Origin: an uncultured Acidobacteriota bacterium
Lineage (GTDB): Bacteria; Acidobacteriota; Thermoanaerobaculia; Multivoradales; JAHEKO01
Direction of reading: 5' to 3'
Length of the DNA: 64,000 nucleotides
Assembly: GCA_963713825.1 (NCBI GenBank)
Contig: CAVQNG010000003.1
Coordinates: 256,001-320,000 of the forward strand
The notes under the pieces are model-generated. The model made no database searches. It had not been told where the DNA came from and saw nothing but the letters and a program-made list of their open reading frames with translations. Positions 39,758 through 50,734 of the stretch are shown piece by piece (positions within the stretch are counted from its first letter, which is position 1; every line of letters begins with the position of its first letter). The position numbers and the translations under genes were made by a program.

Positions 39758-39824
39758 GCAATCCTGATGTTGTAGGATGAAGGTATATCGACGGACTGAA
39801 CCACAATTTCTAGGAGGTTTACTG

Positions 39825-40403
39825 ATGTTTCGACGAAGTCTGACTCTAATGGTTGTACTGACTCTCGCCCTGGTGGGCACCAGCTTCGCGCGTGAGGTTC
39901 AGGACTACTCCTCCACGATCAACAATTTCAAGCAGTCCTCGGACGTTGCACCTTTCTTCGGCTCTGCCTACGGCTATGCCGTATTTCCCACCATCGGCAA
40001 GGGTGGATTGGGTATCGGTGCCTCACATGGCAAGGGCCAGGTCTATGTCGGTGGGAAAGTGACCGGCTTCACCTCCTTGAGCGATGTCTCCATCGGTTTC
40101 CAGGCCGGTGGCCAGGCCTATAGCCAGGTTGTGTTCTTCGAGGACGAGCGCGCCTACAAGGACTTCACCAGTGGCAATTTCGAGTTTGGAGCCGAGGCCA
40201 GCGCCATCGCCGTCCAGGCCAGCGCTGGGGCCTCGGCAACAAGCGAGGGTGCCACCGCCGGTGCCAGCAGCGGTGGATCGGGCGGGAGCCAGGCCAGCAC
40301 CCAGTACTACAAGGGCATGCTGGTCTTCGTCATCGGCAAGGGCGGCCTGATGTACGAAGCGGCCATCAAGGGCCAGAAGTACACCTACAACCCTTTGCCC
40401 TAG
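39825..40403 (+). CDS. Ysc84/SYLF lipid-binding domain secreted protein
   Basis: AYGYAVFPTIGKGGLGIG, GFQAGGQAYSQ, KGGLMYEA..GQKY. Confidence 0.88.
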   Translation: MFRRSLTLMVVLTLALVGTSFAREVQDYSSTINNFKQSSDVAPFFGSAYGYAVFPTIGKGGLGIGASHGKGQVYVGGKVTGFTSLSDVSIGFQAGGQAYSQVVFFEDERAYKDFTSGNFEFGAEASAIAVQASAGASATSEGATAGASSGGSGGSQASTQYYKGMLVFVIGKGGLMYEAAIKGQKYTYNPLP

Positions 40404-40444
40404 TAGCGACCAGCCCAGGACTCACAGAAGCTAGTCGTGCCGGC

Positions 40445-40472
40445 AAGAGACCCGCGTTCGCGCGGGTCTCTT
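40445..40472. terminator. Perfect 12-bp hairpin, probable terminator
   Basis: AAGAGACCCGCG-TTCG-CGCGGGTCTCTT; weak U-tract. Confidence 0.6.
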
Positions 40473-40546
40473 CGCAGGCTGCGAACCGCCGTCCCATGAG
40501 GTAGCGGTAGCCGACTCAGTACTCTTCGATAGACTCCTAGCCTGCT

Positions 40547-42305
40547 ATGAAGAAGCTCTCACTTGCTGTCCTTGTCGTGAGTTGTTTTCAGGTCTTCGCG
40601 GGCGCAGCCGTTTCGCCTGCCCAAACTGGGGCGGCGATTATCGACGATTACATCGAAGAGTGGAAGCAGTTCAACCCCTCGCGAGCCCGCTCGCGCGGCT
40701 TCGTAGATGCGATCAAAGGGTTCGAAGACCTCTCCCCGAGCGCGATCACCGCCTGGGTCGAGTACAACCAAGTGACGTTGAAAAAGCTCGAGGCTCTCTC
40801 GGGTCTGCCGACGGATGACCTCATCGACCAGCAGGCTTCTCCGCACCCAGATCCGAACCGAGCTGGACCGGTGGCAGGTGGACAGGCCCCACGAGCGATC
40901 ACTGAAGCTCTATTCCGACCTGATCTCCAACGGCCTATCATCGATCCTCGATTCGAATCTGCTGTCCGACGACGAGAAGCGGCGGTACCTTCTTCTTCGT
41001 CTGCAACAGATCGAGAAGCTCTCACGCTCTGCAAAGTCGAATGTCCGAAACGGTCGACAATCCGAGACCTCAGAGGCTCTGGCGGAGCTCGAAGAAAGCG
41101 CCCGCTACATTGAGACCGACCTCCCTCGGGCCGCGGGAGACTGGTTCGATGAGGCCTCGGCTCCAGTCTTGCGAGAGTCCTGCACCCAGACCGCCCAGGC
41201 AATATCGGATCTCGTCGACCATGGGCGGAAACTCCTGCCCGACTCGACCCTTCCCGACGAGCCGATCCTTGGGCAGGAAACCTATGCTCGGAAGCTCGCG
41301 ATCTACACCGACAGCGACCTGACACCGGAACAGCTGGGGGAGATCGCCCTCTGGGAAATCGACAACAGCAGGAAGGCGCTGCAGGTGATGGCTGCAGCCT
41401 ATTGGCGGGAGATCGATCCCCAGACCCCTGTACCCACAGATTTCGAGAGCCTCGTCGGAAGAGCTTTCGCCGACCTCGAGACCAACCGCCCACTCACCGA
41501 GCACGAGTATCTGCTCGAGCTGCGGAGGTACGGTCGGGAGGTCGAGGACTTCGTCCGCGACCACGAGATCGCCACCGTCCCCGAGCACCAGACGCTCAGT
41601 ATCGAGCTGGCCCCTGAAAGCTCCGGACCGATGGCGCGTATCGGGTACGTCAGCAGCGCCCCGGCTTTCGACCCCAATCCCTGGACGACCTGGTACCTCG
41701 CCACGATTCCCGACTCTCATCCCGAGCCGGAGCGGATCGATTTCTGGCGCTCGTTCAACTACTCGTTCAAGCGGTTCATCGTCATCCACGAGCTCTTTCC
41801 CGGCCACTACATGCAGCTCAAAATCCTGCGCGAAAACCCACACAGGGTTCGCATCCTCTTCCCCTATCGGCCCTTCATCGAAGGCTGGGCGACCTTCACC
41901 GAGCGCATCGTTCTCGACGCCGGGTACGCCGAGGGAGACTGGCTGACTCGCTTCGCGCAGCTACGAAAGCGCCTGGAGAATGCCAATCGCGCCTACATGA
42001 GCGTGCAAGCCCACTGCAACGGCTGGACCGAGGAACAGGTGACCGAGTTCTCGATCGAAACTTCGCTCCTGGCCCCACAGTTCGCCGCCAGCCTGTGGGG
42101 TCGGCTCATGAGCTCTCCCATGCAGATCATTACCTACATGCTCGTCGGCCTCGAATTGCGTGAGATCTACGAGATGGAACGGGAGCGACTGGGCGACGAT
42201 TTCAATACCCGGACCTTCATGGACACCATCCTGCGCACCGGCCCCGTTCCCAGCGACGAGCTGGCTGCCATCCTGGCGGCGCAGCCCAGGCGCGCTCACA
42301 ACTAG
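40547..42305 (+). CDS. DUF885 family secreted metallopeptidase-like protein; frameshift near 40830
   Basis: IHELFPGHYMQ, FIEGWATFTE, Q..TY..G. Confidence 0.85.
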
Positions 42306-42348
42306 ACAAAGCACTACCGGCAGTTCCATTTCTGGAGGGGAAGGAACC

Positions 42349-44232
42349 ATGAACAAGACCGTCGCCGCCCTGCTGACCTGCGCCACCTTCTGCTGGGCCG
42401 TTCAACCGGCTCTGGCCGATGACGAAGAGATCGAGAAGCTCGAAAAGGAGCTCGAAGAGATCGCCACGATCGAGAAGAAGATGATGGTTCCCATGCGCGA
42501 CGGCATTCGCCTGGCGACGGATGTGTATCTGCCCAAAGATGCCGCAGGACCGTTGCCAACGATCTTCTCTCGCACCCCCTACAACTTCAACAAGTCCGGC
42601 GAGCGAAGCCTGAAGGCCATCACCAAGGCCATGGAGAACGGCTACGCCTACGTCGTCCAGAACGAGCGGGGAAAGTTCTTTTCCGAAGGCGAGTGGGAGA
42701 TCCTCGGTTTCCCGAGAACCGATGGATACGACGCACTCGACTGGATCGCCGAGCAGTCCTGGTCGAACGGCAAGGTGGGAACGATCGGCTGTTCCTCGTC
42801 CGCCGAATGGCAGCTGGCGCTGGCGGCGATGGACCACCCTGCCCATGCGGCCATGGTGCCGATGGCCTCGGGCGCCGGAATCGGGCGGGTCGGTCCTTTT
42901 CACGAGATGGGGAACTGGTACCGGGGCGGCGTCTTCCAGATGCTCTTCGGATCGTGGCTCTATGGCGTGCAGAACACCCAGCGCCCACGTCTACCGGAGG
43001 GCCTCTCCAGAGAGGACGTGGTCCGTCTGTCGCAATACTTCGACCTCGCTCCCAAGATGCCGGATGTGGACTGGACGGAGAACTTCGAGCACCTTCCCCT
43101 GATGAGCATGATGGAAGAGGTGGAAGGTCCCAAGGGAATCTACGCCGAGTTCGTGCAGCGATTTCCGAACGACCCGGTGTGGTTCGAAGGTGGTCTCTAC
43201 CACGACAACGAGCCCTGGGGCGTACCGGCCCTATGGATGAACTCCTGGTACGACATCTCGCAAGGCCCCAACCTGGCTCTCTTCAATCACATCCGGGACA
43301 ACGCAGAGGACCCGGAGGTGCGTGACGGACAGTACGTCGTCATTGCTCCCACCTCTCACTGTCGCTTTCAGACCGAGGACAAGGAGACCATCGTCGGCGA
43401 GCGCAACATGGGTGATGTGCGCTTCGACTACGACGATCTGACCTACCAATGGTTCGACTACTGGCTGAAGGGCAAAGAGAACGGGGTTCTAGAAGGCACT
43501 CCCAGGGTTCAGTTCTACACCATGGGCCTCAATCAGTGGCAGTCCGCCACGGCCTGGCCGCCGACGGAGGCGGAGGTCGTCACCTGGTATCTGGATAGCA
43601 ACGGAGCGGCGAATAGTCTCTTCGGCGACGGCCGACTCGGCACCTCGCCTCCCACGAGCGACCATCCGGATCAGTTCCCGTACGACCCGACGGTGCCGGT
43701 GTCTTCGCTCGGTGGCGGTGTCTGCTGCATGGGGGGGGCCATGGACCCCGGCTCCTTCGATCAACGTCGCAGCCAGGCACGTCACGACATCCTCGTCTAC
43801 ACCAGCGAACCCCTGGAGGAAGCTGTCGAGATCACCGGTACGATCGGCGTGACCCTCTACGTCGGCTCCGACGCCAGGGACACCGACTTCACGGTCAAGC
43901 TTGTCGATGTCTACCCGGACGGCACCGCCTACAACATCGACGACACGATCCAACGGGCTCGCTTCCGCGAGGGCTACGACAAGCAGGTCTTCATGGAGCC
44001 GGGCAACGTCTACGAGCTCGAGATCAGCCCCATGTCGACCAGCGCCCTGATCGACAAGGGACATCGAATCCGCATCGAGGTGTCGAGCAGCAACTTCCCG
44101 CGGTTCGCACGGAACCTCAACACTGGCGGCAATAACTGGGATGAAACGGAAGGAGTCGTGGCGAACAACGTTGTCCACCACTCCGCCGAGTATCCGTCCC
44201 AGATCCGTTTGCCCATCGTTCGTCGGCCGTAG
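42349..44232 (+). CDS. CocE/NonD family hydrolase (peptidase S15)
   Basis: VPMRDGIRLATDVYLP, RTPY, QNERG, WSNGKVG..GCSSSA, DTDFTVKL, SSSNFPRF. Confidence 0.93.
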   Translation: MNKTVAALLTCATFCWAVQPALADDEEIEKLEKELEEIATIEKKMMVPMRDGIRLATDVYLPKDAAGPLPTIFSRTPYNFNKSGERSLKAITKAMENGYAYVVQNERGKFFSEGEWEILGFPRTDGYDALDWIAEQSWSNGKVGTIGCSSSAEWQLALAAMDHPAHAAMVPMASGAGIGRVGPFHEMGNWYRGGVFQMLFGSWLYGVQNTQRPRLPEGLSREDVVRLSQYFDLAPKMPDVDWTENFEHLPLMSMMEEVEGPKGIYAEFVQRFPNDPVWFEGGLYHDNEPWGVPALWMNSWYDISQGPNLALFNHIRDNAEDPEVRDGQYVVIAPTSHCRFQTEDKETIVGERNMGDVRFDYDDLTYQWFDYWLKGKENGVLEGTPRVQFYTMGLNQWQSATAWPPTEAEVVTWYLDSNGAANSLFGDGRLGTSPPTSDHPDQFPYDPTVPVSSLGGGVCCMGGAMDPGSFDQRRSQARHDILVYTSEPLEEAVEITGTIGVTLYVGSDARDTDFTVKLVDVYPDGTAYNIDDTIQRARFREGYDKQVFMEPGNVYELEISPMSTSALIDKGHRIRIEVSSSNFPRFARNLNTGGNNWDETEGVVANNVVHHSAEYPSQIRLPIVRRP

Positions 44233-44458
44233 AGACAGAGACGAACACCTGCAGTTCGCTGCTGGCGGGCCCACCGGAGGCGCCTGCCAGCAGAGGCCGG
44301 CAAAATCGGCTGGCACCTTTGGGAGAGGGCAGAAATCGTCCTCCTGAGGGGACAGTTCTGGCTGTGTGGGCCATCCGACCTGCCCCTTCGCACCGGTTCT
44401 ACGATCCGTTCTCGCTGGCACAGAAGTTGATACCTCCTCATTCCAGGAGGTGAACGAC

Positions 44459-44965
44459 ATGCAACTTCGTACAGCGTTTTGGGCTCTTCTCTTCGTAGCT
44501 GTCCTGCTCACCCTTCTAGCGGCTCCGGCTTCAGCACAAATCTCCGGTTGGTCTTTCGGCGGGGCCTTCAATGTCGGCGGTGCCCATATTCGGATCGGCT
44601 TCGCCGAGATGGGACCCTATGGCCCGAGCTACTACTTCGAAGCCGCCCAGCCATTCGCCTACGGCGGCTACTCGTGCTCCAACCAGTGCTATCGCCGCGG
44701 CAATCACTACTACCACCACCCGACGTGTGGGGCGGTCAACCACCATTTCAGTCGGTACGGCCACGCGCCAAACCACCTGATCGCCGCCTACGGTCCACCC
44801 GTCCCCTACGCTCAGCCGATCCCCTACGGGTACTACTCCCAGCCGAGACGGGGGTACTCCGAGCACCACTACTGCTGCGACAAGCACTACCGCAAGAGTC
44901 GTCGACACCACGTGCCCCCGGGGCAGTACAAGAAACACCACGGGCATCACCGCGATCACCACTGA
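44459..44965 (+). CDS. Secreted His/Tyr/Gly/Cys-rich hypothetical protein
   Basis: AGGAGG RBS, signal peptide APASA-Q, His-rich C-terminus with PPGQYKK. Confidence 0.75.
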   Translation: MQLRTAFWALLFVAVLLTLLAAPASAQISGWSFGGAFNVGGAHIRIGFAEMGPYGPSYYFEAAQPFAYGGYSCSNQCYRRGNHYYHHPTCGAVNHHFSRYGHAPNHLIAAYGPPVPYAQPIPYGYYSQPRRGYSEHHYCCDKHYRKSRRHHVPPGQYKKHHGHHRDHH

Positions 44966-45077
44966 AGTCGATCAGCCCACTCTCTCGGAACTGACCTGCC
45001 TATCGCAGCTCTGACCCATTGGTAAACTCCGGCCGGCCGTTGGGGAAGGTCCCTATGCGGCTGGCCGGAGGTCCTCG

Positions 45078-46134
45078 TTGACGAACACTCGAGTGGGACT
45101 ACGCTTACGACGAGCTGTCCTGACCTGGGTTCTGGCGGCGTCTTGCACAGCGGTCTTGGGTGCTGATGAGACGGACCCACCCAAAGACCTGAAACGCCTG
45201 GAAGTTGGCGGCCTGCTGTTCGGTGACGCCTACTGGGTTGCATCGCATCACGATCCAACCGCAGAGGGGATCGTCAGCGCCTGGATCCGGCGCGGCTACC
45301 TCACATCTCGACTCTGAATTCACCAAGCGGCTCTCGGGCCGGATGCGCTTCGAGCTCAATCAGGATGGCGACTTCGATGTCTTCGAGTTCGAAGTCGACT
45401 TCAAGGATCTGTATCTGCAGACAACCATCGGCGAGCACAAGGTCCTCTTCGGCCTCTCCTCAACTCCGACGTTCAACCTGATCGAGAGCTTCTGGGGCTA
45501 CCGGCATGTAGAGCGGACTCCTATGGATGTACAGGGAATCGCTAGTCGAGACACCGGCATCGCGGCCAATGGACCGATTGCCAAGAAGGGCGCCATCTCC
45601 TACCGCGTGATGTACGGCACGCAGCTCGAGTTCGGCAGCGACAGCAACGACGCCGGCGAGTGGATGGGCGCAGTGAGTTGGGAACCGAACGCGAATTGGG
45701 TGGTCGAGATCTACGGCGACTTCGAGGACCCGTGCAGCAACGGCGATGGCCGCAGAACTCTCCAGGGATTCATGGGCTACCGAACCGAGTCGTCCCGCCT
45801 TGGCCTTCAGTACTCGCATCAGGACCGGGACGATAGCCCAGGGATCAAGCTGGCCTCGGTTTTCGGTGTCGCCGATTTCGCGAAGAACTGGAGCTTCCTG
45901 GGGAGGGTCGATCGCCTGTTCGAGCCCAGCATCAGAGGTGAAGACATCGCCTACCTGCCCTTCGACCCCGATGCCAAGGCAACGTTGCTCATCCTGGGGG
46001 TCGAAGCCCGGCCCTACAAGTTCTTCAGCCTCATTCCGAACATCGAGTACATCCAGTACGACGACCCAGACGGACCCGAACCCAGGCCTGAAGACGACCT
46101 GCTCGTCAGGCTCACCTTCTATCTGAAGTTCTGA
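45078..46134 (+). CDS. Porin-like outer membrane protein; frameshift near 45305, start uncertain
   Basis: RRGYLT / DFKDLYL, WGYRHVERTP, SRDTGI; C-terminal FYLKF. Confidence 0.7.
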
Positions 46135-46160
46135 GACGGCCTACACCAGCTCTGGACGCG

Positions 46161-48260
46161 CTACTGGAAATCGCGAGGAATCGTGTCGCGCCAGGTCTTC
46201 TCTCGGATGAGCTCCCCGTTTTCCAGCAGTCGCCTGGTGTAGGTGTAGTAGAAGTTGTCCAGATCGCTGCGAAACAGGAGCTCGGACTCCCACTTCAGGG
46301 TCCGGTCCTCGAGCTCGACCTCGGTCCAGTGCTCACCCCGCACCGAGGTGTTCCTCGGGGTGATCATTGGAAGTCTCATGAACAATCGTCTCACCGTAGC
46401 GCTCGATGCCCCAGGGATAGCTGCGTCCCGCCTCCATTCGTCGCCTTCACCACTACCGCTCCGGTCTGAGGATTGCGATCGACGGACGAGATCTCGCCAT
46501 AGCCCGAGGTCGTGCCCTCGTCGAGACTCTCGTATCCCGATATCTCCGGATCCGATTCCGGTGGGAGGAACGAGGGGGCGGGGCGCTCCTCATGAGGAAC
46601 GACGGGCAGCAGCACTCTCGAGCCGTTGTCGCCTCCCAGATAGAGGCTTGTCTTCATTGGGTAGGGGGTCGGCCAGAGCATCGGCCACTGGGCATTCGCC
46701 ACCGCCAGGCGAATCCGGTGGCCCTCCGGGAAAGACCCAGGAGGTGAAGTGCATCTCGATCTCGAGAGGGAAGGTCTCTCCCGGCACGAGGGCCTTCGGC
46801 TCGCGGGCCGAGGCGCGATGCGTCCCGTTGAACCCGGCACCAGCGACCTGGGTGACCGTACCATCCGGCGCCACATCCGAGAGTCGTACGAACCAGTTCG
46901 CCCGAGGTGCGTCGGCCGACACGGTCAATAGCGCCGTCGGAAACCCGAGGATCTCTAGATCGCCCTCGAGCGGTTTGCTGTCGTAGACCAGACTGAAGGC
47001 GTCGGTGGGCCTCTGGTCGTGGGCCACATCACCCCACCACATCACCGGACCACCGGCTTCGATGCCGATCGACGGCACGTATCGAAGGTGGTGGGTCGTC
47101 TCAGGCGCTTCTTCCGACCCCAGAGTGTGGTTGGGCTGTGGGTAGAGCGCCCGCTCCTCGATCCTCTCGATCGGCCAGCCCTCCTCCCAGCGCCATTCGC
47201 CAGGCGCCGCCTCGAGGTAGGGACCGGGCGGGTGCCACTGTCTGACGTAGACCGCGAATCGCGGCTCCTCCAGAATGCCTGTATCTCTTCCCTTGAGCCA
47301 GTGGTCGAACCACCTCACGGCTTCGTGCCGCCACTCGATTTGCGGCTTCGGATAGGCATTGTGTGGGAAGGAGTGATGCCAGGCACCGACAATCGCCTTG
47401 ATGGGTGCCTGAACTTGTTCGAGCATGCGCGGCACGCTGTCGCGATAGCCGTCGTACCAACCTCCGATGACGAACGCCGGCACACGAATAGACTCATACC
47501 TGGCCTTGAGTGCAGTGCGGTCCCAGAACGGACCATCGCGCTGCTGGCGCTTGTAGGTCATCATCCACGGCTCGGTGTCGAAGCGGTCGCGAAAGTAGGC
47601 CTCGTCGATCCTGTATTCCGGGGCGCCCGGGCGGGCGTTGTCGAGGTCCTGACTCATCTCCCACGAGTCGACATGCATCACCCCATCCATGAAGTGCACA
47701 TCGTCCTGGTAGAGATCGTCCGTGGCATCCACGGCAATGATGGCCTTCAAGGCCGGTGGATTGCGCATCGCCAGATGAATCGAGTTGAAGCCGCCCCAGG
47801 AGATTCCGAACATGCCGACGTTGCCGTTCGACCATGCCTGCTGCGACAGCCAGTCGATCACCACCTCGCCATCGTCGTTCTCCTGGTCGCTGTACTCGTA
47901 GGGGATCAGTCGACCTTCGCTGTTCCCCGTCCCCCGGATGTCGACCCGAGCCACAGCGTAGCCTCGCCTGACAAAATAGGAGTAGAGCGAGTAGTTTCGA
48001 TTGCGAGATTCGGTCTTGCGGTAGGGCAGGTACTCCAGAAGCACAGGGATGCGCTCGTCGAGCTCACCGCCGGTCGGCATGTAGAGATCCGCCGCCAGGC
48101 GCACCCCGTCCGGCATCGGAATCCAGATCTCTTCCATCGTGATGTCATAGAGAGGAGCGGCCGAACTCTCGACGGCACTAGCCAAGCCGGAAATCAGAAG
48201 CACCGAGACGCAAACCAAAAAACCGCTGGACATCCGCCACAAGACACCGGACCGCCGCAT
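46161..48260 (-). CDS. CocE/NonD family hydrolase; frameshifts near 46720, 46420 and 46350
   Basis: MPDGVRLAADLY, EYLPYRK, DIRGTGNSEG, GISWGG, GGWYDGY; C-terminus across frames to WRDTIPRDFQ. Confidence 0.9.
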
Positions 48261-48372
48261 CTCAATCCCTCCTCAAAACCCGGACTTCATCAGCGTAGCA
48301 TCACGCCATGGTGACACAATACCCATTAGGCTTGGAGCATCTTCGGCCAGCCCAGAAATCGGCAAGGAACCC

Positions 48373-49047
48373 ATGAGAGTCATCCTCTTTGGAGCCACAG
48401 GCATGGTCGGCCAGGGGGTTCTACGAGAATGCCTCGCCGACCCTCAGGTGGAGTCCATTTTGATCGTGGGGCGCAGTTCATCCGGTATAGAGAGTCCCAA
48501 GGTTCGCGAGATGGTCCGCCCGGACCTCTTCGACTACTCGGGCCTCGATAGCGAGCTCACCGGCTTCGACGCCTGCTTCTTCTGTCTCGGAATCTCCGCA
48601 GCGGGCATGAGCGAGGAGGCCTATCACCGGATCAGCGTCGACCTGACCCTGGCCGCGGCCCAGGCGCTTTCCAGGCTCAATCCGGAAATGACCTTCATCT
48701 ACGTTTCCGGCGCTGGAACCGACAGCACAGAGCAGGGTCGCATGATGTGGGCGCGGGTCAAAGGAAAGGCGGAGAACGAGCTCCTGAAGCTCCCGTTCAG
48801 GGCTGCCTTCATGTTCCGCCCGGCCTACATTCAGCCTCTAAACGGAATTGAGTCTAGGACAAGAGCGTATCGAGTGTTGTACGGCCTCGTTGGACCGCTG
48901 TTCCCGATGCTCCAGGCTCTCTTTCCGCGCTACGTGACGACCACGGAGAAGGTCGGGTTGGCGATGCTCCAAGTGGCCAAACAGGGGAACTCGCAACCTA
49001 TACTCGAGAACGGCGACATCAACAGGCTCGCGGCCGAAAGCCGGTGA
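48373..49047 (+). CDS. NAD(P)-binding epimerase/atypical SDR
   Basis: ILFGATGMVG, FFCLG, YVSGAG, WARVKG. Confidence 0.9.
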   Translation: MRVILFGATGMVGQGVLRECLADPQVESILIVGRSSSGIESPKVREMVRPDLFDYSGLDSELTGFDACFFCLGISAAGMSEEAYHRISVDLTLAAAQALSRLNPEMTFIYVSGAGTDSTEQGRMMWARVKGKAENELLKLPFRAAFMFRPAYIQPLNGIESRTRAYRVLYGLVGPLFPMLQALFPRYVTTTEKVGLAMLQVAKQGNSQPILENGDINRLAAESR

Positions 49048-49074
49048 CACTGGTTTCTCCCCGAGCGCAGCCCA

Positions 49075-49944
49075 ATGGAAATCCCACGAAGACTGAAGGC
49101 CGAGCTCTCGATCTTCGGTGCGACCTTTCGCAAGGCAAAGCAGGACGCGGCCAACGATCTGGCGGCTGCGATCGCCTTCTGGGCCTTCTTCTCCATTTTT
49201 CCGCTCTTGATCGGCGTGCTCTCGCTGACCAGTCGCTTCCTCGAATCAGAGTCGCTGCAGACGCGAATCTACGAAACGGTCACCGAAATGCTGCCAGGCA
49301 GCGCAGAGATGGTGATGGAGAACCTCGATGCCGTGGTTCGATATCGGGGAACGATGAGCCTGGTCGCTCTCCTGGGTCTCTTCTGGGCTGCCGGCAAGGT
49401 CTTCGGAGCCATCGCGAGGGCTGTGAATCGGGCTCTTGACGTCCAGAGCGATCAAAAACGGCTGCTGTCCAAGCTGCGCTACTTCGGGATGGCGATCGTG
49501 GTTTCGATTCTGATCATTGTCGCGCTCGGCTTCACGGTGGTGCTCGAAATAGCGCTCGAATCGCCAACGCTGTCCGAGTGGGGCATCGACGTCGGCCTTG
49601 TATCCGGATTCAAGAGTTGGGCCACGAGCCTCGTTCTGATCTTCCTGGTCTTCGCGCTGCTCTACAAGCTGACACCCTACATCGAGGTCGACTGGGCACG
49701 CGTTCTTCCAGGAGCCGTGCTGGCCACAGTCTTGTTCGAACTCGGGAAGAACGGTTTCGTGCTCTATCTGGAGAAGATGGCAGACTTCAAGGCGGTGTAT
49801 GGATCCCTGTCCTCCATCATCGTGCTGCTCCTGTGGCTCTATGTCTCCGCTCTCATCCTGATTCTCGGAGCGGAGTACAACATCGCTCGCTGGCAGGCCC
49901 GGAGTGGCAATTCCAGCCACGAGCAGGGGCGTCAGGCTTCGTAG
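49075..49944 (+). CDS. YihY/virulence factor BrkB family membrane protein
   Basis: AAAIAFWAFFSIFP, LPGA, VYGSL...LLLWLY...GAE. Confidence 0.92.
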   Translation: MEIPRRLKAELSIFGATFRKAKQDAANDLAAAIAFWAFFSIFPLLIGVLSLTSRFLESESLQTRIYETVTEMLPGSAEMVMENLDAVVRYRGTMSLVALLGLFWAAGKVFGAIARAVNRALDVQSDQKRLLSKLRYFGMAIVVSILIIVALGFTVVLEIALESPTLSEWGIDVGLVSGFKSWATSLVLIFLVFALLYKLTPYIEVDWARVLPGAVLATVLFELGKNGFVLYLEKMADFKAVYGSLSSIIVLLLWLYVSALILILGAEYNIARWQARSGNSSHEQGRQAS

Positions 49945-50116
49945 GAGTCGTCACTACCACGCGCATCCGTTAGCCCGAAGTCTCATCGATTGCACTTCGC
50001 AACACGATTCGTCGATATCGTCGTAATCCTCGACGATACCGTCGAATCCCGACTCCCACCTCGGTCGCCAGCTTCTGAATCAACTGTGGACAGGGACCTT
50101 TCCAGCTCCAGTGTCC

Positions 50117-50132
50117 TGGCACGCAATCTGCT
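50117..50132 (+). promoter_or_regulatory. Sigma54 (-24/-12) promoter
   Basis: TGGCACGCAATCTGCT with exact GG-N10-GC spacing. Confidence 0.6.
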
Positions 50133-50165
50133 CAGTACCCCACTGATTGCACCATCGAAACTCTC

Positions 50166-50711
50166 ATGACACCGGAGAAAACCACAATGGGACCCCTACG
50201 ACTTCAAGCCGCCTTGCTCGCCGTTCTGCTGGGCGCCAGCCTGATCGGTTGCAGTAGCGATTCATCTTCGCCGACCGAGCCGTCGCCGCTCGACATTTCG
50301 ACAACAACCGGCTCGAGCACCCTTAGCGCCACTACCGCATCTGCTCTGGACACCGCCATCGATGACGAATACAAAGCCAGAGCCTTCTACGGCGCGGTGA
50401 TCGAGAGATTCGGTCCAGTCCTTCCGTTTGTCCCGATCCGCGACGCCGAGACCCGCCACATAGAGGCTCTTGTCAGGCTTTACAACGTCTATTCCTTGGG
50501 CGCACCTTCCGACCCCTACACCGGTCATCTCGAAGCACCCGACTCAGTACAAAAGGCCTGCCAAATGGCAGTCGACGCCGAAATCGCCAATGCCGCCCTG
50601 TATGACGAGATCCTGGAGGGCGTGACCGAGGAGGATGTGATCACGGTCTTCGAGCGGCTCCGCGACGCGTCTCTCTACAACCATCTGCCCGCTTTCCAGA
50701 GATGCTCCTGA
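50166..50711 (+). CDS. Ferritin-like (DUF2202-like) lipoprotein
   Basis: Lipobox LIGC; DEYKARAFY, AETRHIEAL, AEIAN..LY, ASLYNHLPAF. Confidence 0.8.
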   Translation: MTPEKTTMGPLRLQAALLAVLLGASLIGCSSDSSSPTEPSPLDISTTTGSSTLSATTASALDTAIDDEYKARAFYGAVIERFGPVLPFVPIRDAETRHIEALVRLYNVYSLGAPSDPYTGHLEAPDSVQKACQMAVDAEIANAALYDEILEGVTEEDVITVFERLRDASLYNHLPAFQRCS

Positions 50712-50734
50712 GGCCTGCTCTCCCCTTCAGAGAA

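Noticed and set aside
38653-39780. 375-aa PnuC-NadR fusion shown in the ORF track
   Set aside because: Artefact of the frameshift near 38950; the PnuC C-terminus is in another frame and stops at 39244, overlapping the kinase ATG.
44259-44330. GC-rich inverted repeats after the CocE gene as a MITE or ncRNA
   Set aside because: Single copy in the window with no target-site duplication; compatible with ordinary 3' hairpins.
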